In this document: in pieces, positions 13,492-26,887 of the stretch | Layout of the letters: every line of letters starts with the position of its first letter | How positions within the stretch are numbered: position 1 is the first letter of the stretch | Assembly: GCA_002189035.1 (NCBI GenBank) | Contig: NEEC01000007.1 | Span: 3,348,001 to 3,412,000, forward strand | DNA: 64,000 nt | Reading direction: 5' to 3' | Source of the DNA: Utricularia gibba | Lineage: Eukaryota; Plantae; Magnoliophyta | Translations under genes and position numbers: made by a program | The notes under the pieces: generated by a model | The model's database searches: none | What the model was told of the DNA's origin: nothing | Seen by the model: the letters and a program-made list of their open reading frames with translations, nothing else

Positions 13492-15437
13492 CTAAGATTG
13501 CTCCATGCGATCATCCTCATCTTCATCATCAGAGTCACCGCTCTCCCGAAATCTTGGATTCTTCTCCTGCTCAATGAAAGGGCAAGTCCATAAGAACAAT
13601 TTACAATCTTCTTCTTCGTCCAAGAACTGGTAAAATGAGGGAGAGGAGGACTACTTACAGGCCTGGATTCATTGTCTGCATTCCTCCTATACACAAAATC
13701 CGATTTCCTTCTTGTGAATTCAGGTCCAGTTCTATCATCTTCTCTCCGGCGCTTGCGGTGATCTGCTTCCGTTAAAGGAAAGGTTAGTAGACTCCATGTG
13801 AACGTGACTAATTATGCGCTAAGATGGGAATCACACCTCTGCTGTTACGATAAGCTCCCCCATGACCATAATTCCTACCGTCTGCAATACAACAGCATAT
13901 TACTTCAAGTGCAAGGATAAAACATTTGGAGGTAAGTGATGGATCACGCATTATGCAATTCTAAGTACCCCAAGCGTTTTCTAGGCAAAAATACCAATAC
14001 AAAAAGAGCTTTTTATTCACAATGCTTCATTTTGGAACACAGCACAGTATGTTAGTCTGATCCATGCCAATACAAATACCTCCAGAACTAGTTTTTTTTT
14101 TCTAAATAAAGATTTAGTGGTACTGGAGTTCAAGTTCCCCAGAAAGGAAAGAGCTAAAAACTTACAGTTTGGAGCCATAACAAGTGGAAATGAGCCTAAG
14201 GATCCAGCACCATAATCCACCATCTGCCTCTGTGCCTCTAATTCCTTTTGTACCAACTTGCCATAACCACCTCTACGTTGGACATATTAAGGTATTCAAT
14301 TACCAGCATTATCTTCAGAATGTAACCACTATTTTCCAACAGGTCTGGCGTTGAAACAAGAAGCTTCCAGGATCACTAGCACAACCAACACACACTGCTT
14401 TCAATAAAAATCAAAGAAATCAAATGGTCATGAATTTGTAAAAACTGGTTCATCAAGTCAAATCGGCCCTTTTAAAATCCAACCAACACTAGAACAATGC
14501 TTGTAGAAGTAGATTAAAATTAACAGACACTCCCCTCCCCAAGGGAAATGCAGCGTTGAAAGGATATCTGGATCATAGTCAGTGCGGTATTCATCACGAA
14601 CCTGAAAAATCATAGAACAAGATGGATACAATGACAACAAGAAAGAATCAAAATCAAGACAGTTATGGATGCTGAAACTCTCAGATGGGCTTCATTGGAC
14701 AATGAATTCTCAATAGAATTATGCATTCCTTACAATAAAAAAAAATAAAAATTCTAAAAAATCACCTGCCCACCACTTCGACCACGACCCCATTGCCGGC
14801 CTTCTTGGAACCCCCAGTCAAAATCAACACGAATAGGACGATCATCAAGAATAGTTCCACTGATACATTTTACAGAGTCTTCAGCATCCTCTCTTGAATA
14901 GTAACTGGCATAATAAAAAAACACCAAGATATCAGGATTTAATCAAAGAAAGGCAAGAGGCCTTCAGAAACAAAACTGAAATTGCTAACACATACAGCAC
15001 AAAGCAGAAGCCGCAGGGGGTTTTGCTGTTCTTATCCAAACCCATGATTATTTTTTTAATCTCTCCCGCTCGTGAGAACAATTCATAAACTTGCTCCTCA
15101 GTCGTATAAAATGACATATTCCCCACATACACAGTAATCGAATTCTGCAGCGCCTCCTCATACTCTTCCTGAGTCCCAGAAAACCTTCTGTCCCTATACG
15201 CAGAAAGCTTGTTCGGGTCCTGCCACCCACCAAATTAAACGCGTAATGGCTTGAAGCACTACTAAAATTCTTTTCAGAAACCCAGAATTAAGAGCTCAAA
15301 CAGCAATAACCGACAAAAAAAGCCCTAATACGATCAAAATTACAAGCGAGCGACGAAAAAAACCCCCAAAAGGAAATGGAAACTTCCCTCAACACGAAGC
15401 CTCAGACACAGCGAACTACCTTAAACAGAGACGCCAT
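13492..15437 (-). CDS. CBP20: Nuclear cap-binding protein subunit 2 (CBP20), RRM; contains a U12 AT-AC intron
   Basis: Exons read MASLFK | [13 protein letters not shown]...[47 protein letters not shown] | [45 protein letters not shown] | [11 protein letters not shown] | [18 protein letters not shown]... and end in [24 protein letters not shown] (TAG 13492-13494). Confidence 0.97.
14277..14567 (-). other. U12-type (minor spliceosome) AT-AC intron in CBP20
   Basis: Donor ATATCCTTT starts at 14567 on the minus strand. Branch site CCTTAAT at 14292-14286 lies about 9 nt upstream of acceptor AC (14278-14277). Removing it gives in-frame DYDP-G-RGGYGK. Confidence 0.95.
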
Positions 15438-16589
15438 ACCGAATTCCCGCCGAAGAACGAAAGGAAAAACCGTAAGAACGAGATGAAGGATGACCTCAGA
15501 GATGTTGGATCCGAAAACAGATGGCTCCGCTCCAGACCCGGCTAACTCAGAATTATTTGGACCGGATTGGAATTATGAAATAAGCTTTGGAGGGTATTTA
15601 ATATCTAATATAATTACATGTGAAAATTTTAAAATATTTAAATATTCTCTTTAATTTTTATATATCCGTAGTATAACATTTATTATTTTTTCTATAAAAT
15701 TCTATTAATTTAAAGATTACTTTATATGAAACTTATAAAAGTAACTTTTTTTTACCTACTTCAAAAGTGAAGACCTATGATTTCTAACTTATTGCAAATT
15801 ATTTCTAACAATAAAGTCCTTTAAAATTCAATTTAGAATAAGAAAAATAATATAAATGAATAGCGACAATTATAAAAATAAATTAAACTAATAAGAATAA
15901 CTGTCACCAAATATAATAAAGTGATATAAATAACTTGAATAGAATTAGCTAATTAATTTAAATATATTATTATTAAAACAAAAATTTGCCACATATTTTT
16001 AACGAGTGTTTGAGGAGGCGTAGGAGTGATTAAAAAGTTAAACCTATAGGTTTATGAATAAGTGCATGTGTTGGTACCTTCATGTGAGTTTTTACAAAAC
16101 TACGCATAGCTTAGACTCATAAGCTAATGCAAATTCATGTTCCACGTGAGTTTGCGTAAACCTATAATATAGCATAGTATTTTTTTTATGACAATTTTAC
16201 CTGATCATTGCACTCTCGTTGTCCTGGTGGCGAGCCCACCAATTGGCGATGATCGCTGAAGGGGAACACCAACCAATTGGCAAGAAACTCAAACACAAAA
16301 GACTGCGCAACTGAACCACCGGTTACAACTATGGTCGCATCGATACGAGTGAATGGGAGGGGGACAAGGCCTGAAGAGGCTCAGACCGTGTTGAAATTAG
16401 AGATTCGATGAGTTAGGCAAACGTACACGTAAAGTTCAAGTACATAAGAAACGTAAATCATAATAGAAAAAATTAGATCCAATCAATTATTAATGATTTG
16501 TAATTTTTTATATACTCAATTATTATATTTTTATTTTTCGATATAATATTATGTATTAACTTTCAAGAAGTTAGTCTGTATAGATTATG

Positions 16590-17555
16590 CAGGTATGATG
16601 AAGATCCAAATGACCTCATAGGGTATGGGGGGAGTTTGTGCGATCAGCATATGCAGGATGGAATGCTAGGGGTAGGAACTAGCAGTATGCAAGTCACACG
16701 CACAAGAGTGGACATGCTGTTGGCATGGTGAGACAATGGATTGGCTACATAGACACACAAGTCATCGCACACGCAAAGCGTGATGTGGCATGACCAGGGT
16801 AGGGCACGGAAAGTGGAGGCCGCACATGACACCCGGGACAGTGAGACTACTCCATGATATAGTAAGGGGGGTACTGGTGAGGCATTTTATGCAATAGAGG
16901 ACTTGAGTGAGGAATGTTTCGAGACATATTATTCATCGCAGGGTAGTAGTGAGGCATTTTGTTCACTATGGGGGCAATGATGATGTTTGGAGTTGTAGTT
17001 GATGTTCATAATGGGAATACAATATCAATACAAGCTTGTGTATGAGTAAAGCTGCAATGCAATTGACATTTGTGGCATTAGTATCATGTATAATCTTGGT
17101 AATACAAAGCCAACTGATATTTGGGATTGCGATTGATACCTGTAACCACAAGCATATGAGTAGGATGACCAATGCATATGCTGGTAAGCATGAGGTCTGG
17201 CCACCACTCACGCAAGGAGTGGCAAGCAGGAATGCTTCCACCCGATGACTACACTACTCGAAGGATATCACTAGAGGACGTCGGCGAGGGGCAAGTCACA
17301 CGAGGACACTAACCCTTGATTCCATATAGGGAGCAGAGCAAGGAATGAAGGGGTTGAGTGATTTATAAAAGGGAAGGTCTATTAGAAATCTATTACAAGG
17401 CTGTGGATGGATGCGCAGTCCTTTTGTAATCCTCTACGCTATTCTTTTTGCCCCTAAGTACCGCCCACCACTTTATCATCTCGTCCCCAATGTCAATCCC
17501 TAGCCTTCTTCCTTCAACCCCTCTTCTGCCCACCCTTCTCGTCACCATTCCAACA
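16590..17555 (+). mobile_element. Probable LTR fragment or solo LTR
   Basis: GC-richer block with an LTR-like TATAAAAGGGAAGG at ~17363-17376 and a pyrimidine-rich U5-like tail ending ...TTCCAACA at 17555. Left boundary and TSD not found. Confidence 0.45.
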
Positions 17556-17615
17556 CGTTGGAATCCAATAGAGAAAATTAAAAATTGATGTCATCGAGAT
17601 TTTTGTAAAACCTAA

Positions 17616-17822
17616 GATTGTGTTTAATATATAAATAAATTATATCAGAGATAAAAGAGAATATATGACGATATAATTTTATTCCAACTTCTAATTTTCC
17701 ATTATTTTATATCATATTCGTAAAATAAATTATCTTGAGTATAATTTATCTTATCTATCAAACATCTTATTTTTCTTTTTTCATTTAACTATCCTTCTTT
17801 ATATTTTATATCAAACACACTA
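17616..17822. mobile_element. Tourist-like MITE
   Basis: About 15-bp imperfect TIRs (GATTGTGTTTAATAT versus TAGTGTGTTTGATAT read from the right end, 12/15), TAA TSD on both sides (17613-17615 and 17823-17825), AT-rich 207-bp body. Confidence 0.65.
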
Positions 17823-19382
17823 TAAGGATATTAATATTATTATAATAAAATAAAAAGCTATAATTGGTATTTTATATTATTTATCTATAAATCTTTATTT
17901 TTAAAATATTTATGAGACACACATTTTTTTAAACTCCCATAATAATGGCTTATCTAAAAAATGATTAAAATCATAATAATTCTAAATCTCATTATCAAAT
18001 ACGTATTGATAAAGTAATTAAGTTAGTCAATAACATATTCAATATTAAAATAAATATATGCACATGATTAAAATTAAAAAAACTATAAATATTTACTTAT
18101 AGTGATAATACGTTTGATTGATGTACTTACAATAAAAGAAAAAAAAATAAATTTACGTAAGAGAAAGCATGACTGAAGTATTATATAAATCATAAATGGA
18201 CACATGTATTAGACAACAAGTATACCAAATAAACTCATTACATAAAATCACATCCCCTCTAAAGTTTATTTTTAGCATGGGATAAAGATGTTTTATATAA
18301 AGCTGATTAGCGATCAAAATAGACGTCTTAATCCTAGATTTCAGTCCCTTGACATCAATTCGGCATGGACCGCAATCCCTATTAAGCCCTTGATAACTAT
18401 TAATTAGCCTGGAATATTTTTTCCCCAGGAGAGATTAATGGATGTGTTTGGACTAAAAAGGCATTATTCTCGTTGGGGCGGTTAGCACCTCGTCCGGGGC
18501 GGAGGGGCGTCTTGCTTTTTTTTCAGTATAAAGCAACGACCCAACTCAAAAAAGTGAGACACCACGCCGGCCACAGCGTGGAATCAGCTGCTGACAGTTT
18601 AATAATGACTTCCCATTCCCCAAAGGGTGTTCCAGACTCAACACTCGCTGCATTCCCAATAAAAGCACAAGGAAAAATGGGTGTTTAAGGCGTGTAAAAA
18701 TACCTTTCAAAAGGGGCGTTTTACCTTCTAAATTTTGACAGTGTTTCCCTGTTAGCTGTACAGTCGCACCTTTTGGAGCGTTGATCCTTTACACCCCAGC
18801 CGCAAGGCAAGGGGAGGCCATCAAACTCGCCTATGTATGTTTGTTTCAACGCTTAATGAATGTTGGCCTGCGCAAGGGCTGCTTCTCAAAACAATTCGGC
18901 GTACAAACTTTCAAAAAACACATTTTTCTTTTTTTGAAGAACAAGGCCTTAAAAGCGAGTGTGTGCATCGTGGTACCTCCTTGTCAAGGTCAATTAGAAG
19001 CCAGGAGAGCACCATCAAACTCTCCCTTGTTTGTTTCCACGGAAAATTAATGAATGCTGTCGTGTTCCATTCATCTTTCAACAATAAACTACCTGCTAGC
19101 AACAAAAACTCTCAGAATCTAAGGAAAAAAGGGGGTCAAAATGATATCAGAACGTGAGTGCGTTTGAGTATGAGGAGTGAAGCAATGTCATTACCGATGC
19201 GATGATTACCAGTTTCTTGCCCTTGAAGGCTGGCCAAATATGGAGACAGTAAAATGTTCGTACACTTGTAAGCCAAGCCATGGAGTATAACTCCACTTTC
19301 TTCCACCTACAATGCAATATAAACGAAGACATAGATCTCATCCTCATGTCCTCCAGCAAAGATAGCATATCTAAGAAACAAC

Positions 19383-21533
19383 ATGGACAACTTGTTGTTC
19401 CTTACCTTACTTGTCTTGATTGCAACCCCTCTTAGAGCTGAGATTTTTGATGAAGACTCTGATGAGGAGTATGAGCTGCCGGAAATGTTAACCCAGCAAC
19501 ACGGTAACAAAATTCTTGCAAATGTGGATGGATTTGGTGCTGCTGGAGACGGAGTTTCTGATGATACTCAGGTCAGTGCCGCAACCACAGGTAAGTCATA
19601 AATGAGGACAAAGTTCAGGGGTGTTCTAACCTGTCAGAATCCAAAATTTTCAGGCATTCGTGAGTGCATGGAAGCTAGCTTGTTCCGCGCCAAATCCAGT
19701 TTTTTTAGTTCCCGAGGGGCGCAGATATCTCGTCAATGCTACAAGGTTTCAGGGACCCTGTGCAGACAGTATTGTACTACAGGTATCATGTGTTCAATCT
19801 GCTAAATCACATACATAATTTTCTATAACCATCAACTGTATAACAATTTCTGTTCAATGTATGAAACGTATCTGCAGATTGAAGGAACGATTGTGGCACC
19901 TGATGATCCAGAGAGTTGGGATCCCAGAAGCCAGCGCACTTGGCTTAGCTTCCACAATGTAACCATGGCTCTTTTCCAAGGAAATGGAGTTATTGATGGA
20001 TCTGGCAGCAAATGGTGGTCAACATCTTGCAAACGAAACAAAACCAATGTAAATCCTGACATACTCAAAGTTGTCTGAGCTTCACACAAGAGTTGCACAA
20101 CATAACTGACCACTCTTTTTCTTAAATTCTCAATCCCTTGAATCCGGTCCTGTGCGTTTCTCATGCAGCCATGTAGAGAAGCCCCTACGGTGAGATTTCT
20201 TTCATGCTTAATAAACTTTACATCAATTGACGACAAGAGCAGTTAACAGGAACTACCACCCTCTGCAGGCATTCACCATAGAATCAAGCTCTTTCGTTAA
20301 AGTGAGTGGCCTCACCATCCAGAACAGCCAACAGATGAATTTCGCGGTTTCTCACTCTCAGTCAATCCGTGTGACCAATGTTAAAGTATCATCACCAGGA
20401 GACAGTCCCAACACTGATGGAATCCACATAACTGGATCAACAAATGTACTTCTGCAGAACTGTAAAATACAAACAGGTTCTTATTTTGGAGTGCTCCCTC
20501 AATCGATATCAGACATGTTTAACACTTTGATGTAAAATTCTCTCTATACCATTGATCATAGGTGATGACTGCATCTCAATTGTGAGTGGCAGCTCAAGCA
20601 TCAGAATGAAGAACATACATTGTGGACCTGGCCATGGAATCAGGTAAAACTCCATGTTTCAACCTCAATAGCATACCTATTAATGTATACATTAAGGCTA
20701 ATGGTCCCCACAAGAGACACGAAGATAAGCATAGTATCAGATATATTGATTTTCAGCAAGACTGCACATATTTAACTGCACAATTTATTATTTGTTCGCA
20801 ATGTGCCAGCATAGGCAGTCTTGGAAAGAACAACTCCAGCGGCATGGTTGAGAAGGTTTTCTTGGACACTGCATTCATCAGAAGCACAACAAATGGGCTT
20901 AGAATAAAAACATGGCAGGCAAATCTCACGCTCCCATGGAAGTAACGTTATTTTCAAGCCTAAATTCAAACAATATATTACACATGTGTATACAGGGAGG
21001 TATAGGATATGTGCGGTCAGTCCGCTTTCAGAGGGTCACCATGAATAACGTCTCAAACCCAATAATCATAGACCAATTCTACTGTGATTCACGCATACCA
21101 TGCCAAAATCAGGTGATGTATATTCATAATAGTGCAGCTATGTAACCTCAGACTGCAAGGGCTCTTATTACTCTAACCAATGCAACAGACTTCAGCTGTG
21201 GAGATAAGCAAAATAATGTACCAAGACATAATTGGGATATCAAGAAGCAAAGAAGCGATACGATTTGCATGCAGTGATACGGTACCCTGCTCACAGATAC
21301 TTCTCAAAAACATCAACATACAGAATGAAGATGGTGGTACAGTGGAAACCTTCTGCAACTCTGCCTCAGGCACGCAGGTTGGGAATGTTCAACCATCAGC
21401 TGGATGTTTGGCCTCCTCGGGTAGTAATATGATGACATTACAAGAAACAGAGATCTGCAGTATCCAAAGTAACCGGCAGTTTTCAATCAACAGAAGTACA
21501 ACAAGTGAACCTCCAGATGATTTGAAGATGTAG
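19383..21533 (+). CDS. Polygalacturonase (GH28, pectinase) with signal peptide; 9 exons
   Basis: Hydrophobic N-terminus MDNLLFLTLLVLIATPLRA, then NVDGFGAAGDGVSDDTQ. All four GH28 catalytic motifs are present: SPNTDG (~20405), GDDC (~20562), CGPGHGISIGS (across 20620-20820) and RIKTW (~20901). A 21-nt microexon PCREAPT lies at 20169-20189. Stop TAG at 21531-21533. Confidence 0.95.
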
Positions 21534-21821
21534 CAGCAGCAACTGCACTGAAGTTATTTTTGCTACACAGTTAAAAGTACAAGAATGGAATACGCATGCT
21601 CTTTCCTCTAAGATTGAGTATCATATATATGATGTGTATATACGTATACAAACAGATATACACTGTTTTCACATCTCAAGCAGAATGAAATCCCACATTA
21701 CAAGCATTAGCACTAAAAATCTCCTTAAATGCAAAGCAAGGTTCAACGTTGAAAAATATATCTAAAGAAAAGACTAAAAGATCAAACACAGACAAATCCA
21801 ATAATCTTCAGTAATGGAGTA

Positions 21822-22741
21822 TCAATCTTGATGACCTCCATGGCGACCAAGGAGAACTGCTCGATAAAGTGCCCCAACATGGAAGAAGCAAATGAATACG
21901 ACAATCAGATCATCAAGCAAGCCAAATATGCCCATCATTCCTGTCAAATGCAAATATTGAAGAGCCTTCTTCAAGACTCGTAAAAACATAGTCAACAAGA
22001 AGAAGCCAAATGCAATAATACCTTCTGGAATGAGATCCACAGGACTGATTACGTAGATCGCACTGACAGCAACCTACACATTGTCCACTAAAAGGATTCA
22101 TCCATCAAGATTAAAAGTATATCTGCTATATGGACAATTTAACCTCACAACAACAAAAAATAATGAAATAAGTACTTAACTGCCAAATACACACGTGCTT
22201 GGATAAGCATGGGGAGTGACCGTTGTGGATCCATAATTTCCCGCAACAGCCTTCTTAGAAGAAATGGGAGGTCTTGCAATTTCTGCCAACCAGAAAAATA
22301 TCGTTGCCCAAACCTCTACGTCTTGGGGATACGCTCATACGCACAAATACGAAAAGCATCAAAACTGTAACCTGCATCAGTCCAGCTGTCTGTTCACCAT
22401 ACAAACGGTTATACCTCTGAATCCTCTGCAAAGTCTCGGTAACATTGGCATTGTGCTGCATCCTCGATGAAGCCTCACTCGGAACTAACATAGTGATCAC
22501 ACGTCGGCATAAGGGACATTTGCAAGGGTGAAGAGCACCGGAATGGTCCCAGTGTTGTAAAATACAACCACCTGAAAGCAGCAGTATTAGCTCCTGAGCC
22601 AATATATATAAAAAAAAAACTATTACTCAGATCGCACAAGAGATACCCACCGCAAAACCAATGACTGCAATTGGCTTGACAAGGAACATGAAAATCGCTG
22701 TGGCATATCGAACAGACATCGTTCTCCGGTGGCCCGTCCAT
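21822..22741 (-). CDS. RNF170: RNF170-like C3HC4 RING E3 ubiquitin ligase with C-terminal DUF1232-like membrane segment; 5 exons
   Basis: Exons read MDGPPENDVCSICHSDFHVPCQANCSHWFCG | GCILQHW...CKCPLCRR... | KLQDLPFLLRRLLREIMDPQRSLPMLIQARVYLA | VAVSAIYVISPVDLIPE | GMMGIFGLLDDLIVV...LGRHGGHQD*. All junctions are GT-AG and in frame. Confidence 0.93.
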
Positions 22742-23299
22742 TTGCAGGCCTCTAATCTCTATCGGTGCCTCGGGAATGGGGATGAAGAGCGACTCCCGGA
22801 GAAACGAATTGATCCCAGGCTACCGGAATGAAATATCAGTGAAGGTTGTGTTTGTCGGTGAACCCGCGTTGTCCGATCGCTCAAGATCAAAGCTTTACGA
22901 GACGACAATCAGTTTTCGCTCCTGAGAGCTTCTGTTTCGTTTCAAGCATGCCTCAAATGTCATTCAGAGCGTGCGGTTCGCAGTTTTTAGGTTGTTAGGA
23001 TCCATTTTGTGCACGATATATATGGGACCTGTTCTGTGTTTAAATTTTTGTTCAGATTATGTAAAATAGAATCAGTTTAGAGATTATATGAATAGAATCA
23101 GTTTTAGATTGTAAAACTGTTTTATGGGATAAAATAAAATTATATTATAAATATTAATAAAATAAAATATATATTATAAAGTTTAATATATTAAATTATT
23201 GTATAATTTAATGTAATGATATAAATATATTTTTAGAACAAATAAAACATGATTAGTATAATTTTACTATAGAATAATCAAAGATAAGAATCTTAAAAA

Positions 23300-25800
23300 T
23301 TAAACAAAATCACTTTAAGAAATTATGTTAAGCTATTAGTATAACATAGTCACCGCATTCATATTAATAAAATTATCGACATCAAAGTCATCTTCAATTA
23401 CCTCATGATAATCATTTTCATCATTGTTGATCTTATTCTCAAACATGTCTTTAGCATTCAATTCCAAATTAGTAGTGTTTAGAATTCCATAATTCAAATT
23501 ATCATTCGAATGAATTGCTTGTGGCATTGGAATATCTAAACCTATAGCAAATACATGATTTTATAAATTTTGAAAAAAAAAACTAGAAAATGTTGACGAA
23601 TTAAGAATATACTAACCATCATTCTTCTCACTAACTCTTGCAAACTTGAGTTCTTCATAAAGAGTATTTTCAATATCCTTAACATCAAGAAATATATCAT
23701 CATAATCCTCGTTAACTCAAATATCAACCTCACCAATATAATTGATATCAATAAAGTCATAATGTTTACTTTCAAATTGCCATCTATAGTTTAAATGCAT
23801 GCAACTTGTAATATATAGTATACATTCATGAAATTCAATTGATAAATCACAATATAATTAAAAAACATATTTTTCTTAAAGATTACCATTGTATTGCACA
23901 AGCACAAGATCATTAAATTGTTTATGCTTTTATCGATTGTGTTTCTTGATATGTGTATGATAAAAAACATTCTAATTTTACTCACAACTAGAAAAAGAAC
24001 ATGTTTATCCAAGAATCTTCACATTAAAATCTCTTAACAATGGGATACTTGAACCAAAGAACTTTCACATTTGTGCTATAATACGAATGCCAATGACATG
24101 TATCAATAACAAATATGAAGTACAATAAAATCAAAGAAAATAATATAAAATTGGTAACATATATTATATTTAGTTTGACTGTGTTAAGGTTGGAAATCGG
24201 CACTAGGGTCAATACCGATTTCAAATTTGTAGAATTCGTTGGAGACGTCGAACCCGGATGTGAGTTTTGTGCTTGCTTTGGTGCGCATTATGAAAATAGA
24301 TGTGGAGGAAGACTTTTTACGTGAAAACCATCGAGGGACGGGAAAACCACAGAGCTGTCGAGGCTCGCCGGAAAAATCTTCACTCGACAGAGATGGTGTG
24401 AAAAAGTACAAGTTGGAGGGCTTAAAGTCGAACCCTTTCTTCCTTATGATTTCTTCTATTTATAGAAGATGTTGATTCATCCGAGTCCTGACTTTTGCAG
24501 ATGTCGGTTGCTTTCTGTGCCTGCTATGTGATCTCGCTTTTCAAATATCGGCCGCCTGCTCTGTAGTTCGGCCGCATTTCAGATTGTGCCATACAGCCAT
24601 CGCTAACAGATTTCTGACACATATTGGTCTGTTGACTGGCGTTATCCCACTAGAGCCTTTTTTGGCAGCCTTTTAGAAGCTGATTATTCTCAGCCGATTC
24701 ATACCCTACCATACTGTAATTTCATATTCCTAACAACTTATTGAGCCATTATTCTTGCAAGTATATTCGTTTTTTTCCCTAAAATGATTCATTTGTATTA
24801 TATATTCATTGATATCATTTACTAATTTACTTGTGCATCCTTGATCATCTTATCATTCCAATTTCTCTCAATGATTTTTGTAAATGTATCATAGATTCTT
24901 TCATTTCAGCTACAACATATATTCATTATTTCAATTACTTTTAACATACCACTATAAATATATCCAATTATTAATCTTTTTTTCCATATCAACAATCCTT
25001 AGAAACTTTATAAGAGGTTTTATTATTATGATTATAACTTTACAATCACTTCAATGATGTCTAAAAATTTCTTTGAACTCTCGACCTTTTCTATCTTTTT
25101 TCAATATGAAGTTTGAAAAGTTTCTATTTAATCCAATAGCTTGAAGATCATCTTGATGAGCAACAAGACTAGAGAGAGCAATGAAGTTTGTTCCAAATAC
25201 TGATGGTGTGATTATTCAAATTTTCTCTTTTTCACAACTATGTAAACTAATGACCATGATTATATATTAATTTTAAAATAATAGATGTACTTTCAACAAA
25301 TAACTTAATATTAGACAATAATCTAATATATTTGAACATCAGGTTGATCCAATGAGTGGCACATGGAGATCATATAAGTGCGATGGTGTAACTTACATAA
25401 TCTCCCTACTTTATAATAGTTGTTTGCATTACTAATAATAACATGAACAACATTTTTTGGGTCAATCCATTCAATGACTTCCACAAACAATAATCATAAT
25501 GTCTTTACATCCTAAATTTTGGAAGACAAATCAATAGATTTATAAAATAGAGTTCCATTAACACTATATATTCAGAAATTCACTAAAGACTTAGAGCTCA
25601 TATCAATCTAATTATCAGCTATCATAGTTGTATTGGTTTCAACTCAATTACTTCTCATAACATTTATCTAAAGCATCAATTTTTGTTTAATATATTTCTA
25701 TGCAACATCAATTCTATTACTATTTTATGATGGTGGATATGATTCTAGAGTTTCAACCTTCCATACTATCTAATCAAAGAAGAATAAAAAATCAAACATA
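23300..25800 (-). mobile_element. Decayed hAT transposase (DUF659-type core plus hAT dimerisation domain)
   Basis: Minus-strand fragments GTLFYKSIDLSS...EVIEWIDPKNVVHVIISNANNY...SPCATHWINLMF (~25550-25340) and ...VKILG*TCSFSSCE*N*NVFYHTHIKKHNR...NDLVLVQYN (~24030-23885). Interrupted by a solo LTR at 24182-24711. TIRs not resolved. Confidence 0.8.
24182..24711 (+). mobile_element. Solo LTR (family B) nested in the hAT remnant
   Basis: TGTTAAGG...CCCTACCA; TSD GACTG / TACTG (4/5). Colinear with 61246-61787, sharing for example GCTCGCCGGAAAA and TATGTGATCTCGCTTTTCAAA.ATCGGCCGCCTG. Confidence 0.85.
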
Positions 25801-26490
25801 AACAATTATACTTAGATAAGTAAGACCCAAAACATGATAAATTGAGAATTACATTAGAGCAAAAAACAAATGGGTGACATATAAATAATCTCATATCAAA
25901 TTTAATAAGAAAATATTGCTAACAGATTTCAACAAATATAGATAAATTGTAATTAAGATAACAAAAAAACTTTTACTCAAAAAAATGACGAAAAATGTTT
26001 AAGAATACTTGGGGAAGAAAAAAAATCTATAAATTTAGAGCTATTGTTGAAAGAGGATGTTGTTAAACAATATGTAGGTGAAGAAAAATTATAATTAATG
26101 TTTCTTCTCGATGTTGTTGAAGGAATCTCAGGCACATAAACTTTGAAAAAAAAAGGTGAGAGAAGCACCGTAAATCATAAAATGTTTAAAATAAAAAATT
26201 GATCTACCGATTAATCAAAGGGATCAAAAAATACGATTAACTGTTTTGAACCACAAATTAAGCAGTGGAATCAAACAACCAATGTGATCATTAATTTTGT
26301 CATTAATTCTTGGTGCTAATCAAACAACAAAATTTATATGATTTATTACCACATATCAAAAATTCATTATAACTACTATTCAAAACTTTTATTCAAATTT
26401 CCAAACAAAACAGCAAGCGAATAAAAAACAATAAAAACAATCAAAGTCTAGAATGAGTGTAAACTAATTAGCTAAATCAAGCAACTATAA

Positions 26491-26887
26491 TGATGGGTCC
26501 CTCCATGTAGGGCTCATCCAAATGTAAAAAAAAGGCACATGGTTAGTGCCATTGGTTGGGAAGAATTGATAGCATTGATTGAAGGGGGTCGATGGTTTCT
26601 CTCTATAAATAGAGGGGAATACATCCCCATACATATATCCAATCCCAACATAATAGCTCTTAGGTGCTTTTGAGTGAGTTTTTAATTTTCGAAGGTAGAA
26701 TATTGAAAAGAGAAAGATATTATTCTTTCATATTCATGTGTTTCACCCGATAGAGTTTTCGAGAAGATGATAGAATTAAAGGATAAAACCCAATAGTTTA
26801 CCAGGATAAATCTTTTTATATTCACTAAGGTAAATAGTGAATTTTTTTAGAGTTGGGTGTGAATCCCTTATTTTGGGATGAACCACA
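26491..26887 (+). mobile_element. Probable short solo LTR
   Basis: TGATGGG...AACCACA termini, internal CTATAAATAGAGGGG TATA-like motif (~26603-26617), flanks TATAA / TTTAA (4/5 TSD). Confidence 0.55.

Noticed and set aside
18470-19380. GC-richer region with several short ORFs upstream of the polygalacturonase
   Set aside because: No protein motifs or RNA-gene signatures; most simply promoter or 5' flanking sequence.
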